A DNA stretch of 63,978 nt from Cytophagales bacterium (GCA_043760595.1 JAYUOX010000384.1:1-63978), one strand, 5' to 3'. Positions 9,849 through 19,747 are shown, numbered from the stretch's first letter. Numbers and translations are program-made. The notes: a model not told the origin generated them from the letters alone.

Positions 9849-10644
9849 TTTTCCCAAAAGCCCAAATCAGAAACTCTGGTAGAACCCTCGCCCAAGTTTC
9901 GTGATTATGCCTCCCTCCTTCTACTTCTCTGTATATCAAGTCTTCATCTTTTGAGTAGCCTTTCTTTTCGAGTTCTTTCATCAAATCCAAAGTATCATCA
10001 ATCGCATCAATTATTCCGTTATTATTTCTATCGGACTCTTCGTCTTGCGTACCTGCCTCGAACCAAAATTTCATTCCCTTTCTATACGAACCATCTCTGA
10101 CAATATTGTGCATAATTCGGTCATTTTCATCCGTATATCCTTCTTCCTCAGATTTTTGTCGCCACCAAAAAGACCCAGAAAAAACGCCAATCTTTGAAAA
10201 TTCCTCTGGATTATTCCACCCAATATCCATTGCCGAAAGTCCTCCTAATGACAATCCTGCAATGACATTCCCCTTGTTTTTGATTAAATATTTTTTTTCT
10301 AAATAAGGTAATAATTCATTCACTACAAAATCATTATGCTTTCTTGCTTTGCTTCCTCTTTGTTTATAATCCGCCTGTGAGGCGGTTCCATATTCCTGCA
10401 TACGCTCATTATTTGCATGAATACCTACACACATCATAGGAGGAATTTTGTTCTCGGAAAATAAAATAGAAATAGTCATCTTCATTTTCAAAGCTTCAAA
10501 ATCTTGTCCATCATTAAAAATCAAAACGGGTAATCTTTGAAAATTATTTTTAGGATATATCAAAGTAATTGCAACTTCACGCCTGAGGTACTTTGAATAG
10601 ATGTTTTCTTCTATTTGAGTCAATTGGAAGGCTTTTGTATTCAC
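9841..10644 (-). CDS. Alpha/beta hydrolase (Fes/IroE-like esterase)
   Basis: FNDGQD, nucleophile GLSLGG, SGSFWW, GGRHNHETW; GTG start. Confidence 0.85.
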   Translation of the reverse strand: MNTKAFQLTQIEENIYSKYLRREVAITLIYPKNNFQRLPVLIFNDGQDFEALKMKMTISILFSENKIPPMMCVGIHANNERMQEYGTASQADYKQRGSKARKHNDFVVNELLPYLEKKYLIKNKGNVIAGLSLGGLSAMDIGWNNPEEFSKIGVFSGSFWWRQKSEEEGYTDENDRIMHNIVRDGSYRKGMKFWFEAGTQDEESDRNNNGIIDAIDDTLDLMKELEKKGYSKDEDLIYREVEGGRHNHETWARVLPEFLIWAFGKIL

Positions 10645-10810
10645 TTTATCGGAGTTTATTTACAAGTTAAAATTTAGGATTATTCCATAAATTATCACAA
10701 AAATTATTATTTTATTTATAAAAGATTTAGGCTTATTCTTTTGAAACTAAAAAACTATTTCTATTTTGGGATAAATTTATGAACAAATAATTAAATAAGC
10801 CTTTTAGATT

Positions 10811-11515
10811 ATGCAGGAACGCTATATAAAATACTATTCCCACCATCTTGGTGCGGACAATGAAATGCTTATTTTTGGTAATTGGGGCTATCCAGTAATC
10901 ATTTTTCCAACCACGATGGGGCGGTACCACGAAGCTAAAGATTTTAAACTAATTGAATCCGCACGTAGTTACGTTGATGCTGGAAAAGTGAAAATTTACT
11001 GTCCTGACAGCATTGATAAGCATTCGTGGTACGGAAAGCATCTTCATCCATCGGAGAGAATCCAAAATCATGTTTATTATGACCAATATCTTAACGAAGA
11101 GTTGATTCCGTCCATAATGAGCGAGTGTAATGTCTCCAAAGTAGCGGTTGCGGGTTGTAGTTTTGGAGGTTATCATGCCGCTAATTTTGCCTTCAAACAT
11201 CCCGATAAGGTTTCGCATTTATTTACGATGGGTGCAGCCTTTGACATTCGTTCTTTTTTGGGTGATTATTACGATGAAAACGTGTTTTACAATAATCCTC
11301 CTAATTATCTGCCAAACGCCACAGACCCCAATCTGTGGAATATGAACATCGTTTTGGGAACTTGCAATGCCGATTTTTGTAAACCTGACAATGAAAATTT
11401 GTCTAAAATATTGGCTCACAAAAATATCAATCATTGGTTAGATGTTCGTTGGCACGGCACGCACGATTGGGATATTTGGCGAGAAATGTTTTCGGAGTAT
11501 TTGAATAAAATTTAA
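10811..11515 (+). CDS. Alpha/beta hydrolase (esterase family)
   Basis: GYPVIIFPT, nucleophile GCSFGG, HDWDIW. Confidence 0.85.
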   Translation: MQERYIKYYSHHLGADNEMLIFGNWGYPVIIFPTTMGRYHEAKDFKLIESARSYVDAGKVKIYCPDSIDKHSWYGKHLHPSERIQNHVYYDQYLNEELIPSIMSECNVSKVAVAGCSFGGYHAANFAFKHPDKVSHLFTMGAAFDIRSFLGDYYDENVFYNNPPNYLPNATDPNLWNMNIVLGTCNADFCKPDNENLSKILAHKNINHWLDVRWHGTHDWDIWREMFSEYLNKI

Positions 11516-11619
11516 AATAGAAGTTGGGAGTTAGGTTTTAGGGGTTAGAAAAAGAAAAGACGTTTTCATTCTTTTCTTAACCCTCAAAACCCAAAACCCA
11601 AAACCTCAAAAAAAATCAC

Positions 11620-12588
11620 ATGAAAAAAATTGGTATTCTTCACGGAATGGAAACATCTTTTCCAGAGGCATTTGTAGAAAGAGTAAATCAAATCGCTCCA
11701 ACGGGCATTATGGCAGAACGAATGGTAGTTGATAAGGTACTTCAAGGGGTTTCGTCTGGTTACGATGTCATCATTGACCGTATTTCTCAGGATGTTCCTT
11801 TTTACAGAGCCATGCTCAAAAATACGGCTCTGGCAGGTACGGCGGTCATTAATAACCCCTTCTGGTGGTCGGCTGATGAGAAGTTTTTTAACAACGCCTT
11901 AGCCGTAAACCTGGGCGTTCCAGTTCCTAAAACCGTTTTATTGCCTTCAAAAGAACGTCCTTCAGATACTTCCGAAGCATCTTTCAGAAACCTAAAATTT
12001 CCATTGCCTTGGGGTGACATTTTTGACCACATTGGTTTTCCTGCCTACATGAAACCCCACGCTGGCGGAGGTTGGAAAAGTGTTTACAAGGTTAGAAACC
12101 CCGATGAGCTTTTTAGTGCGTATGACGAAACCGACCAATTAGTAATGCTTTTGCAAGAAGAAATCGTCTTTACCGATTATTTTAGATGTTATTGTTTGGG
12201 TGGAAAAGAAGTCAAAATAATGCCTTACGAACCTCGAAATCAGCCCCATTTACGTTATGACGCTCAATTACCTACTGGTCCACACGCTAAAAAGCTGATG
12301 GCATTGGTAAAAGATTATGTCATAAAACTAAATCAAGCCCTTGGCTATGATTTCAATACGGTTGAGTTTGCGGTAAAAGATGGAATCCCTTATGCCATAG
12401 ATTTTTGTAATCCTGCCCCTGATGCCGAAGTAACTTCGGTAGGTCAAGAAAACTTTGATTGGGTAGTTGATACAATGGCAAAAGTGGCAATTGACCGTGC
12501 AAAAAAACACAAACCTGGCAAAGACAATCTCACTTGGGGTACGTTTATATTCTCCTCAGTGAATGGAAAAGATAGGAGTACAATGTAG
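11620..12588 (+). CDS. ATP-grasp amide ligase (RimK/glutathione synthetase-like)
   Basis: ADEKFF, VPVPKT, FPAYMKPHAGGGWKSV, LLQEEI, TVEFAV...IDFCNP. Confidence 0.85.
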   Translation: MKKIGILHGMETSFPEAFVERVNQIAPTGIMAERMVVDKVLQGVSSGYDVIIDRISQDVPFYRAMLKNTALAGTAVINNPFWWSADEKFFNNALAVNLGVPVPKTVLLPSKERPSDTSEASFRNLKFPLPWGDIFDHIGFPAYMKPHAGGGWKSVYKVRNPDELFSAYDETDQLVMLLQEEIVFTDYFRCYCLGGKEVKIMPYEPRNQPHLRYDAQLPTGPHAKKLMALVKDYVIKLNQALGYDFNTVEFAVKDGIPYAIDFCNPAPDAEVTSVGQENFDWVVDTMAKVAIDRAKKHKPGKDNLTWGTFIFSSVNGKDRSTM

Positions 12589-12673
12589 AAAATTAGTTAT
12601 TAGTTACTTGATGAAGATAAATATCCATACAATTAGGGGAAATTATAAAAACATAGTGTTTGAAAAACAATAA

Positions 12674-12790
12674 TTTGTCTGGGCGACCCCGTCTGAATCA
12701 GGATTATAGGATTTAATGATTTTCATAATTTTCATCCTGTTATTCCTTAAATCTTGTAAATCCTGATTCAGACGGGGTCGCCCAGACAAA
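12674..12790. repeat. Palindromic element family C with perfect 32-bp arms
   Basis: tttgtctgggcgaccccgtctgaatcaggatt ... aatcctgattcagacggggtcgcccagacaaa. Confidence 0.88.
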
Positions 12791-12820
12791 ATAAAGTTTT
12801 CTGAACAATAGTATTGATTT

Positions 12821-12854
12821 AGATTTGCCAATTTTTTAAAAAATTGGCAAATCT
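12821..12854. repeat. Single palindrome family F
   Basis: agatttgccaattttttaaaaaattggcaaatct; relatives at 15082-15114 and 61400-61432. Confidence 0.7.
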
Positions 12855-12962
12855 CGTCACCCACCCCATTGTATTATCTGGTACTTTTAATTTTACAATT
12901 TCCTTAAACTAATCACTAATTTCCAGTAACCAGTTACCGATAATCACCAATAACCCAAAGCC

Positions 12963-14066
12963 ATGCCCTTATTCACCCTCGGAATCGAAGAAGAATTTCA
13001 AACTATTGACCCTGTAACCCGTGAATTACGCTCTCACATGAGTAAAATTGTGGAGGGTGGGCAAATCACGCTACACGAAAGGGTAAAAGCCGAAATGCAC
13101 CAAGCCGTCGTGGAAGTTGGGACAAATATTTGTCATAATATCCAAGAAGCCCGGGAAGAAGTTACCGAACTCAGAAGGCACATTATTGAATTAGCCGAAA
13201 AGCAAAATCTATTGGTAGCCGCCGCAGGAACGCACCCTTTTTCGGATTGGCAAGAGCAACTCATTACACCCAATCCGCATTACGATGCCCTGATTGAAGA
13301 AATGCGCGATGTCGCCAGGGGAAATCTAATTTTTGGGCTTCACGTACACGTAGGCATAGAAAACCGTCAAGATGGCATGGAGATTTTGAATGCTGTTCGG
13401 TACTTTTTGCCACATATTTACGCACTTTCTACTAACTCGCCTTTTTGGTGTGGACGAAATACTGGGTTTAAATCTTATCGTTCCAAAGTATTTGAAAAAT
13501 TTCCACGCACGGGTATTCCTGATTATTTTGCTACGGCTACCGAATACGACGAATACATCGGGACTTTAATGAAAACTAATTGTATCAGTAATCCAAAGAA
13601 AGTTTGGTGGGACGTTCGTCTGCATCCACATTATGAAACCATCGAATTTAGGATTTGTGATGTAACGCTAAGGATTGATGAAACCATTTGTTTGGCAGCT
13701 TTGATGCAGGCTTTGGTGGCAAAATTGCACAAACTTCTCAAACAAAATCTTAGCTTCAAGACCTACCGAAGATTATTAATCAATGAAAATAAATGGCGTG
13801 CAGCACGATATGGAATCCACGGAAAATTAATTGATTTTGGAAAACAAGAAGAAGTCCCCTACCGTGATTTATGCGACGAATTATTAGCATTTGTGGACGA
13901 TGTTTTGGATGAGTTGGGCAGTAGAAAAGAAGTAGAATATATCAAAGAAATCCTCGATCACGGTACAGGGGCTGATCGGCAAATTGCTATTTTTGAGCAA
14001 ACTGGTGGGGATTTGAAAGCAGTTGTGGATTATATCGTAGAAGAAACAAGATTTGGGATTTATTGA
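12963..14066 (+). CDS. ybdK: YbdK/GCS2 family carboxylate-amine ligase (glutamate-cysteine ligase family 2)
   Basis: TLGIEEEF, AAGTHPF, FGLHVHVG, STNSPFW, WWDVRLHP, IEFRICD, ENKWRAARYG. Confidence 0.92.
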   Translation: MPLFTLGIEEEFQTIDPVTRELRSHMSKIVEGGQITLHERVKAEMHQAVVEVGTNICHNIQEAREEVTELRRHIIELAEKQNLLVAAAGTHPFSDWQEQLITPNPHYDALIEEMRDVARGNLIFGLHVHVGIENRQDGMEILNAVRYFLPHIYALSTNSPFWCGRNTGFKSYRSKVFEKFPRTGIPDYFATATEYDEYIGTLMKTNCISNPKKVWWDVRLHPHYETIEFRICDVTLRIDETICLAALMQALVAKLHKLLKQNLSFKTYRRLLINENKWRAARYGIHGKLIDFGKQEEVPYRDLCDELLAFVDDVLDELGSRKEVEYIKEILDHGTGADRQIAIFEQTGGDLKAVVDYIVEETRFGIY

Positions 14067-14077
14067 CGATTTTGTAA

Positions 14078-14162
14078 TACTGTAGCTCGAAGCGACCGAC
14101 GCTCGGTGGCACTTCGAGAATCGAACTTTAATGTCTCAAATTGCCGCTTCGAGCTAAGGTAT
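14078..14162. repeat. REPIN family A
   Basis: tactgtagctcgaagcgaccgacgctcggtggcacttcgag ... degenerate right arm gccgcttcgagctaaggta. Confidence 0.8.
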
Positions 14163-14176
14163 TGCAAAAAAATAAG

Positions 14177-14184
14177 TATTTTTG
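14177..14184 (+). promoter_or_regulatory. Bacteroidota -7 promoter element upstream of the GATase-like gene
   Basis: TATTTTTG matches TAnnTTTG, 45 nt before the ATG. Confidence 0.5.
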
Positions 14185-14229
14185 CATATAAATTGTGCCT
14201 AAAACACATCATCATTCAACAAAAATATT

Positions 14230-15075
14230 ATGCAAAAACCACTTAATATAGCCATTCTTGATATGTACAATAACTTCCCAAATGAAGGAATGCGATGTAT
14301 TGGTAATATAATCAAGGAATTTAAAGAAAAAGAAAAAAATGAGGTTGAGACTACTGTATTCAACGTCCGTGCTAATAATGAAATCCCAGACTTAAGTTAC
14401 GATATTTACATTTCAACGGGCGGTCCAGGGAGTCCATTAGAATTAGGAGAATCTTGGGAAAAACCTTATTTTGATTTTATAGATTCTGTATTTGCCCACA
14501 ATAACTCAGAGGAAGTACAATATGAGAAAAGTACAAAAAAATATATGTTTTTGATTTGTCATTCTTTCCAATTAGTTGCACGACATTTAGGTATTGGAAA
14601 CATCACCAAACGAAGAAGCACAGCGTTTGGCGTTTTTCCAGTAAACCAAATCGACAAAGATGTACACGAAGAATTGTTTGAAGGATTACCAGAACCGTTT
14701 TTTGTAGTAGATTCTCGTGATTATCAATTAGTTAGCCCTCAAAAAAGGAGAATTAAAGAATTAGGCGTAACGATATTAAGAATGGAAAAAGAACGTCCAC
14801 TGGTTAATTTAGAACGTGCCATCATGGCAATTCGTTTTTCAGAGGAGGTTTTTGGAACACAATTTCACCCAGAAGCCGATGGTATAGGAATGAAAAAACA
14901 CCTATCCTCGGAAGAGAAAAGGAAGACAGTTATCAAAACTCACGGCTTAGAAAAGTACAATGATATGATTGATAAATTGGACGACCCAGATAAGATTATT
15001 TTGACAGAATCAATCATTATTCCTAAGTTTTTGAAGAAGGCGATGGAGTCGGTTTTGCAGTTAGAATTAATATAA
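14230..15075 (+). CDS. Class I glutamine amidotransferase-like protein / gamma-glutamyl hydrolase
   Basis: STGGPGSP oxyanion strand, ICHSFQL nucleophile Cys, QFHPE His-Glu. Confidence 0.85.
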   Translation: MQKPLNIAILDMYNNFPNEGMRCIGNIIKEFKEKEKNEVETTVFNVRANNEIPDLSYDIYISTGGPGSPLELGESWEKPYFDFIDSVFAHNNSEEVQYEKSTKKYMFLICHSFQLVARHLGIGNITKRRSTAFGVFPVNQIDKDVHEELFEGLPEPFFVVDSRDYQLVSPQKRRIKELGVTILRMEKERPLVNLERAIMAIRFSEEVFGTQFHPEADGIGMKKHLSSEEKRKTVIKTHGLEKYNDMIDKLDDPDKIILTESIIIPKFLKKAMESVLQLELI

Positions 15076-15081
15076 TAACTC

Positions 15082-15114
15082 AGATTTGACAACTCTTTGA
15101 GAATTGTCAAATCT
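15082..15114. repeat. Single palindrome family F
   Basis: agatttgacaactctttgagaattgtcaaatct. Confidence 0.65.
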
Positions 15115-15137
15115 CTTGCCTCCAAATTCTCTTTAAA

Positions 15138-16334
15138 ATGCAATCATCAATCAGACAAAAATATAACCAATCTTTCTCCCAAGAAAAATACCAAAACTTT
15201 TTGGCTGATTTGTCCAACGCCACTAATAATCCTATTGAGTTTCGGATTGCGGAAACCCCTATTTTTGTTCCTAATTATCTGAAAAACAAATTAATAGATA
15301 CCTGTGAAAATATTTTCGATGTGATTGTAAAAGAAGATTTTAAAGAAAAAACTTCAAAAGCCATTCATCCAAATCAAAACGTACCCAACGAAAATAATCA
15401 TACCTCTTTTTTAGCCATTGATTTTGCAGTTTGTCAAACTGAAACGGGTGAATTTGAACCACAACTCATTGAATTACAAGGCTTTCCGTCTCTTTTTGGC
15501 TTTCAATACTTACTTTCTGAGACATATCAAAAACATTTTGATATTCCAGCAGAGTATGAGTTTATGTTTAATGATTTTGATAGAAAAAATTATGTCGAAC
15601 AACTCCAAAAATTAATTATTGGCAATGAAAAAGTTGAAAATGTAATTTTGTTAGAAATCTATCCAGAAACTCAAAAGACCCGAGTAGATTTTGATGTTAC
15701 CGAAAATCTTATTGGTGTCAAAGCGGTATGTTTGACAAAAATTATTAAAAACGGAAGGAAATTATTTTATGATAATGACGGTATCAAAACGCCAATCCAT
15801 CGAATCTATAATCGACTAATTTTTGATGATTTAACGAATTATCCCGACCTCAAAACTGAATTTAACCTTACGGACGATGTTGATGTAGAATGGGTTGGGC
15901 ATCCAAATTGGTTTTTCAGGATTAGTAAGTTTACGATGCCTTTATTCAACAATAAATACATTCCAGAATGTCGCTTTCTGAATGAATTTGAGGGAAAATA
16001 TCCAGAGAGTTTGTCAGATTATGTGCTGAAACCATTGTTTTCATTTGCTGGTAGTGGAGTGATTATCAATGTTTTACCATCAGATTTAGAAAAAATAAAC
16101 GACCCTGAAAATTATATTTTACAGAAAAAAGTGAAATACGAACCCGTCATCAAAACTACCGATGGAAGCAAAGTAAAATGCGAAATCAGAATGTTGTATA
16201 TTTGGCAAGAAGACGAACCAAGACCAACTTTATTGACAAATCTCGCTCGACTTTCGAGGGGCGAAATGATTGGAGTTAGGTATAATAAAGATTTTGATTG
16301 GGTGGGTGGTAGTGTCTGTTTTATGGAAAAGTAG
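15138..16334 (+). CDS. Circularly permuted ATP-grasp ligase-like protein (glutathionylspermidine synthetase-like)
   Basis: AIDFAV...IELQGFP precedes VLKPLFSFAGSGV and YILQKKV, the permuted motif order. Confidence 0.72.
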   Translation: MQSSIRQKYNQSFSQEKYQNFLADLSNATNNPIEFRIAETPIFVPNYLKNKLIDTCENIFDVIVKEDFKEKTSKAIHPNQNVPNENNHTSFLAIDFAVCQTETGEFEPQLIELQGFPSLFGFQYLLSETYQKHFDIPAEYEFMFNDFDRKNYVEQLQKLIIGNEKVENVILLEIYPETQKTRVDFDVTENLIGVKAVCLTKIIKNGRKLFYDNDGIKTPIHRIYNRLIFDDLTNYPDLKTEFNLTDDVDVEWVGHPNWFFRISKFTMPLFNNKYIPECRFLNEFEGKYPESLSDYVLKPLFSFAGSGVIINVLPSDLEKINDPENYILQKKVKYEPVIKTTDGSKVKCEIRMLYIWQEDEPRPTLLTNLARLSRGEMIGVRYNKDFDWVGGSVCFMEK

Positions 16335-16358
16335 TAAAACAATTTTGTTATGAATTTC

Positions 16359-16392
16359 AAGGACGACTTCCTTTTGAAGGAAGTCGTCCTTT
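16359..16392 (+). terminator. Hairpin after the ligase cluster
   Basis: aaggacgacttccttttgaaggaagtcgtccttt followed by Ts. Confidence 0.6.
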
Positions 16393-16408
16393 TACTTATC
16401 TACTTTTA

Positions 16409-16478
16409 TACTGTAGCTCGAAGTGGCACTTCGAGACGTTGTAATTCAATTCTCGAAGTGCCACTTTGAGCTACAGTA
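16409..16478. repeat. REPIN family A (both arms short form)
   Basis: tactgtagctcgaagtggcacttcgag ... ctcgaagtgccactttgagctacagta. Confidence 0.88.
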
Positions 16479-16490
16479 TAAAAGAATTAA

Positions 16491-17699
16491 ATGATTACAC
16501 ACAGAGAATTATTCTTAAAAAATGTCGCCCAAACCTCCGACTTCCCACTCTCGCTCGAAATCGAACGAGCGGAAGGCGTATATATGTACGGGAAGGATGG
16601 CAAAGAATATATGGATTTGATTTCGGGAATAGGTGTTTCCAACGTTGGACACCGACACTCAAAAGTTACGCAAGCTATTCATAATCAAGTAGATAAGTAT
16701 TTGCATTTGATGGTTTATGGTGAATATGTGCAAACGCCACAAACACTTTTGGCAGAAGCATTAGTAAAAACATTAGACAAAAAGTGTCGAAGATATCCAG
16801 TTTTAGATAATGTCTATTTTACAAATTCAGGAACAGAAGCCGTGGAAGGTGCTATGAAATTAGCCAAACGTTATACAGGTCGCCAAGAAATAATTTCATG
16901 CGTAAATGCTTATCACGGAGCTACGCAAGGGGCTTTATCATTATCAGGCAGTGAAAATTTTAAAAGAAATTATCGCCCCCTTTTACCCGAAATCAAACAA
17001 ATAAATCACGGAAGTTTTGAGGATATTCAAAAAATAACTTGCCGAACTGCGGCGGTATTTATTGAGATTATTGCGGGTGAAGCGGGTGTGAGAGTGCCTG
17101 ATTATCAGTACTTTACCGAACTGAGAAGACAATGTGATTTGACTGGAACGCTTTTGATTATTGACGAAATCCAAACGGGTTTTGGACGTACAGGAACGTT
17201 TTGGGCTTTTGAACAATTTGGTTTTTATCCCGATGTTTTGCTTTGTGCCAAGGGTATGGGCGGAGGAATGCCCATCGGAGCATTTATCGCCAACCAAAAA
17301 GTAATGTCCGTTTTCAAGAATAATCCAATATTGGGACATATTACCACTTTCGGTGGGCATCCAGTAAGTTGTGCGGCTTCTTTGGCAACTTTAAACGTAA
17401 TTTTGGAAGAAAATTTATTAGATTCAGTAAAACATAAAGCTCAGATTTTCAGAGACTTATTAGTTCACGAAAAAATAAAAGAAGTCAGAAATCAGGGATT
17501 GTTGATGGCAGTGGAATTTGAGGATTTTGATACGTTGAAACCAATTATTGACAATGCCATCGTGAAAGGAATCATTACGGATTGGTTTTTGTTTTGCGAT
17601 AATTCTATGAGAATCGCACCGCCACTGATTATCTCAGAAAAAGAAATTAAGAAGGCTTGTACAATTATCATTGAACAATTATCAATTAACAATTCTTAG
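16491..17699 (+). CDS. Class III PLP aminotransferase (acetylornithine aminotransferase-like)
   Basis: NSGTEAVEGAMK, YHGAT, DEIQTGFGRTG, AKGMGGGMP, TTFGGHP. Confidence 0.9.
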   Translation: MITHRELFLKNVAQTSDFPLSLEIERAEGVYMYGKDGKEYMDLISGIGVSNVGHRHSKVTQAIHNQVDKYLHLMVYGEYVQTPQTLLAEALVKTLDKKCRRYPVLDNVYFTNSGTEAVEGAMKLAKRYTGRQEIISCVNAYHGATQGALSLSGSENFKRNYRPLLPEIKQINHGSFEDIQKITCRTAAVFIEIIAGEAGVRVPDYQYFTELRRQCDLTGTLLIIDEIQTGFGRTGTFWAFEQFGFYPDVLLCAKGMGGGMPIGAFIANQKVMSVFKNNPILGHITTFGGHPVSCAASLATLNVILEENLLDSVKHKAQIFRDLLVHEKIKEVRNQGLLMAVEFEDFDTLKPIIDNAIVKGIITDWFLFCDNSMRIAPPLIISEKEIKKACTIIIEQLSINNS

Positions 17700-17744
17700 T
17701 CAAATGTTTCAACTGCTAATTGTTAATTGATAACTGTTAATTGA
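17674..17744. repeat. Heptamer-tandem inverted element across two convergent gene ends
   Basis: aacaattatcaattaacaatt ... aattgttaattgataactgttaattga; encodes the aminotransferase tail QLSINNS. Confidence 0.6.
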
Positions 17745-17745
17745 C

Positions 17746-18069
17746 CTATGCGTATTTGAGAACAGTTTGAGCCAAAACAGCCTTTGGAATGTTTCCACCT
17801 ACTAAACGTTCTTTTAATTCTCCATTTTTGAAGATTAATAAAGTTGGAATTGAGCGGATTCCCAAAGTTGAAGGAATCGTTGAATTGGCATCAACATCCA
17901 TTTTTGCAATGACTGCCTGTCCTTCCAAATCTCCCGCTAATTCTTCAACGATTGGTCCAATCATTTTACATGGTCCGCACCATTCTGCCCAAAAATCTAC
18001 CAAAACTGGTATATCCGAATTAATTAGCTCCTGAAAATTATCATCAGTTGCCACAACATATTTTCCCAT
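17746..18069 (-). CDS. trxA: Thioredoxin
   Basis: DFWAEWCGPCK, IRSIPT. Confidence 0.97.
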   Translation of the reverse strand: MGKYVVATDDNFQELINSDIPVLVDFWAEWCGPCKMIGPIVEELAGDLEGQAVIAKMDVDANSTIPSTLGIRSIPTLLIFKNGELKERLVGGNIPKAVLAQTVLKYA

Positions 18070-18152
18070 TGTAATTATTTATTTAGTTTAAACATTATTC
18101 AAAATTACAACATTTTGAAATAAGAATTTGGTTCATTTTGGGTGTATTTTCT

Positions 18153-18217
18153 GTATAATAGGTTTCCAACCTGTTAGTTTTTATACGATTACGAAACAGG
18201 TTGAAAACCTGTTCTAC
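18153..18217. repeat. REPIN family B (short form)
   Basis: gtataataggtttccaacctgtt ... aacaggttgaaaacctgttCTAC. Confidence 0.75.
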
Positions 18218-18309
18218 TCAAAAAATAAAAAGTTGCCCGCCAAAGACAGACAACTTTCTTTCTGAAACAAAACCACAAGAACCATTACTTGTGGTTGAGT
18301 TACCATATT

Positions 18310-19656
18310 TTAGGCTTCAATCAACGACTCATCGTGTTGAGAAATATCTAATCCTACCCTTTCTTCTTCTTCGGTTACCCGCAAAGGGATGATTTTGTCA
18401 GTTACCCACAATAATAAAAGTGAACCTCCAAAAGCAAATGCAGAAACGGCAACTAAGGCAATCATGTGCTTGACAAATAAAGTTGGGTCGCCAGTGATAA
18501 ACCAACCTTGCTCACCTTCAACCACAACAACATTTACAGCCTTTGAAGCAAATAAACCCGTCATCACCATACCGACCATTCCGCCCATACCATGACATGG
18601 AAATACGTCTAATGTATCATCTAACTTAGAATTTGCTCTCCAATGTGCCGCAATATTTGAAATAATTGCGGCGATTGTACCAATAAAAATGGCTACTGGA
18701 ACAGTTACAAAACCTGATGCAGGAGTAATGGCTACTAAACCAACAACCGCACCAATACAAAACCCTAAGGCTGAAACTTTACGTCCACGAGTAACATCAA
18801 ATAATATCCAAGATAAACCCGCCGCCGCTGCAGCCACATGCGTAGTTCCAAAGGCTGAAACTGCCAAAGATGTTGCTCCAACGGCAGAACCTGCGTTGAA
18901 TCCGAACCACCCGAACCACAATAAACCTGTTCCCAACAAAACATAAGGAATATTTGCGGGAGGTAAAACATTTGCCTCGATGTGAGACCTGCGTCTTTTC
19001 AAGTACAACGCTCCTGCCAAAGCCGCCCAACCTGCACTCATGTGTACAACAGTTCCGCCTGCAAAATCCAGTACACCATATTTGAAAAGGAAACCGTCTG
19101 GATGCCATGTCCAGTGTGCCAATGGAGCATAAACAATCACGCAAAAAAGCACCATAAATAATACAAAAGCACGGAAGTTAATTCTTTCAGCCAAAGCACC
19201 TGAAATCAGAGCAGGTGTAATTACCGCAAATTTCATTTGGAAAAAGGCAAAAAGAGCTAATGGAATAGTTGGAGCTAATGACCATGCAGGACCATCGAAA
19301 ACGCCCTTGAACATAAAATAGGTCATTGGGTTTCCAACTACACCTCCGAGTGATTCTCCAAAAGCTAAACTGAAACCAAATACTACCCAAATCACCGTAA
19401 TTACGCCCATCGCAATAAATGATTGCAACATAGTCGAAATTACGTTTTTATGATTAACCATTCCACCATAAAAATAAGCTAAACCTGGGGTCATTAATAA
19501 AACAAGACCAGAAGATACGAGCATCCAAGCGGTATCACCAGCACTAAAATTTTTGTCGGCTACAGCGACACCGCCATCTTTTCCAAAATAAACTGCGGCA
19601 ACGGCAACCAAAAGTAAAATACTTATTGGCAACCAAGAAGGTTTTTGTTGTGTCAT
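18310..19656 (-). CDS. amtB: Ammonium transporter
   Basis: GDTAWML, DFAGGTVVH, LWFGWFGFNAGS, DDTLDVFPCHG, GLDISQH. Confidence 0.96.
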   Translation of the reverse strand: MTQQKPSWLPISILLLVAVAAVYFGKDGGVAVADKNFSAGDTAWMLVSSGLVLLMTPGLAYFYGGMVNHKNVISTMLQSFIAMGVITVIWVVFGFSLAFGESLGGVVGNPMTYFMFKGVFDGPAWSLAPTIPLALFAFFQMKFAVITPALISGALAERINFRAFVLFMVLFCVIVYAPLAHWTWHPDGFLFKYGVLDFAGGTVVHMSAGWAALAGALYLKRRRSHIEANVLPPANIPYVLLGTGLLWFGWFGFNAGSAVGATSLAVSAFGTTHVAAAAAGLSWILFDVTRGRKVSALGFCIGAVVGLVAITPASGFVTVPVAIFIGTIAAIISNIAAHWRANSKLDDTLDVFPCHGMGGMVGMVMTGLFASKAVNVVVVEGEQGWFITGDPTLFVKHMIALVAVSAFAFGGSLLLLWVTDKIIPLRVTEEEERVGLDISQHDESLIEA

Positions 19657-19747
19657 GTGGTTTTTTAATTAAAATAATTTAAAATATATTTATTTACAAA
19701 AAAAATACTCATAATCGGGCAATTGACTGATAATCAGTAGATTATTT

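Noticed and set aside
16491-17699. Aminotransferase as part of the ligase cluster
   Set aside because: It is separated by a terminator-like hairpin and a REPIN and looks like a widespread ArgD-like enzyme; linkage cannot be supported without synteny data
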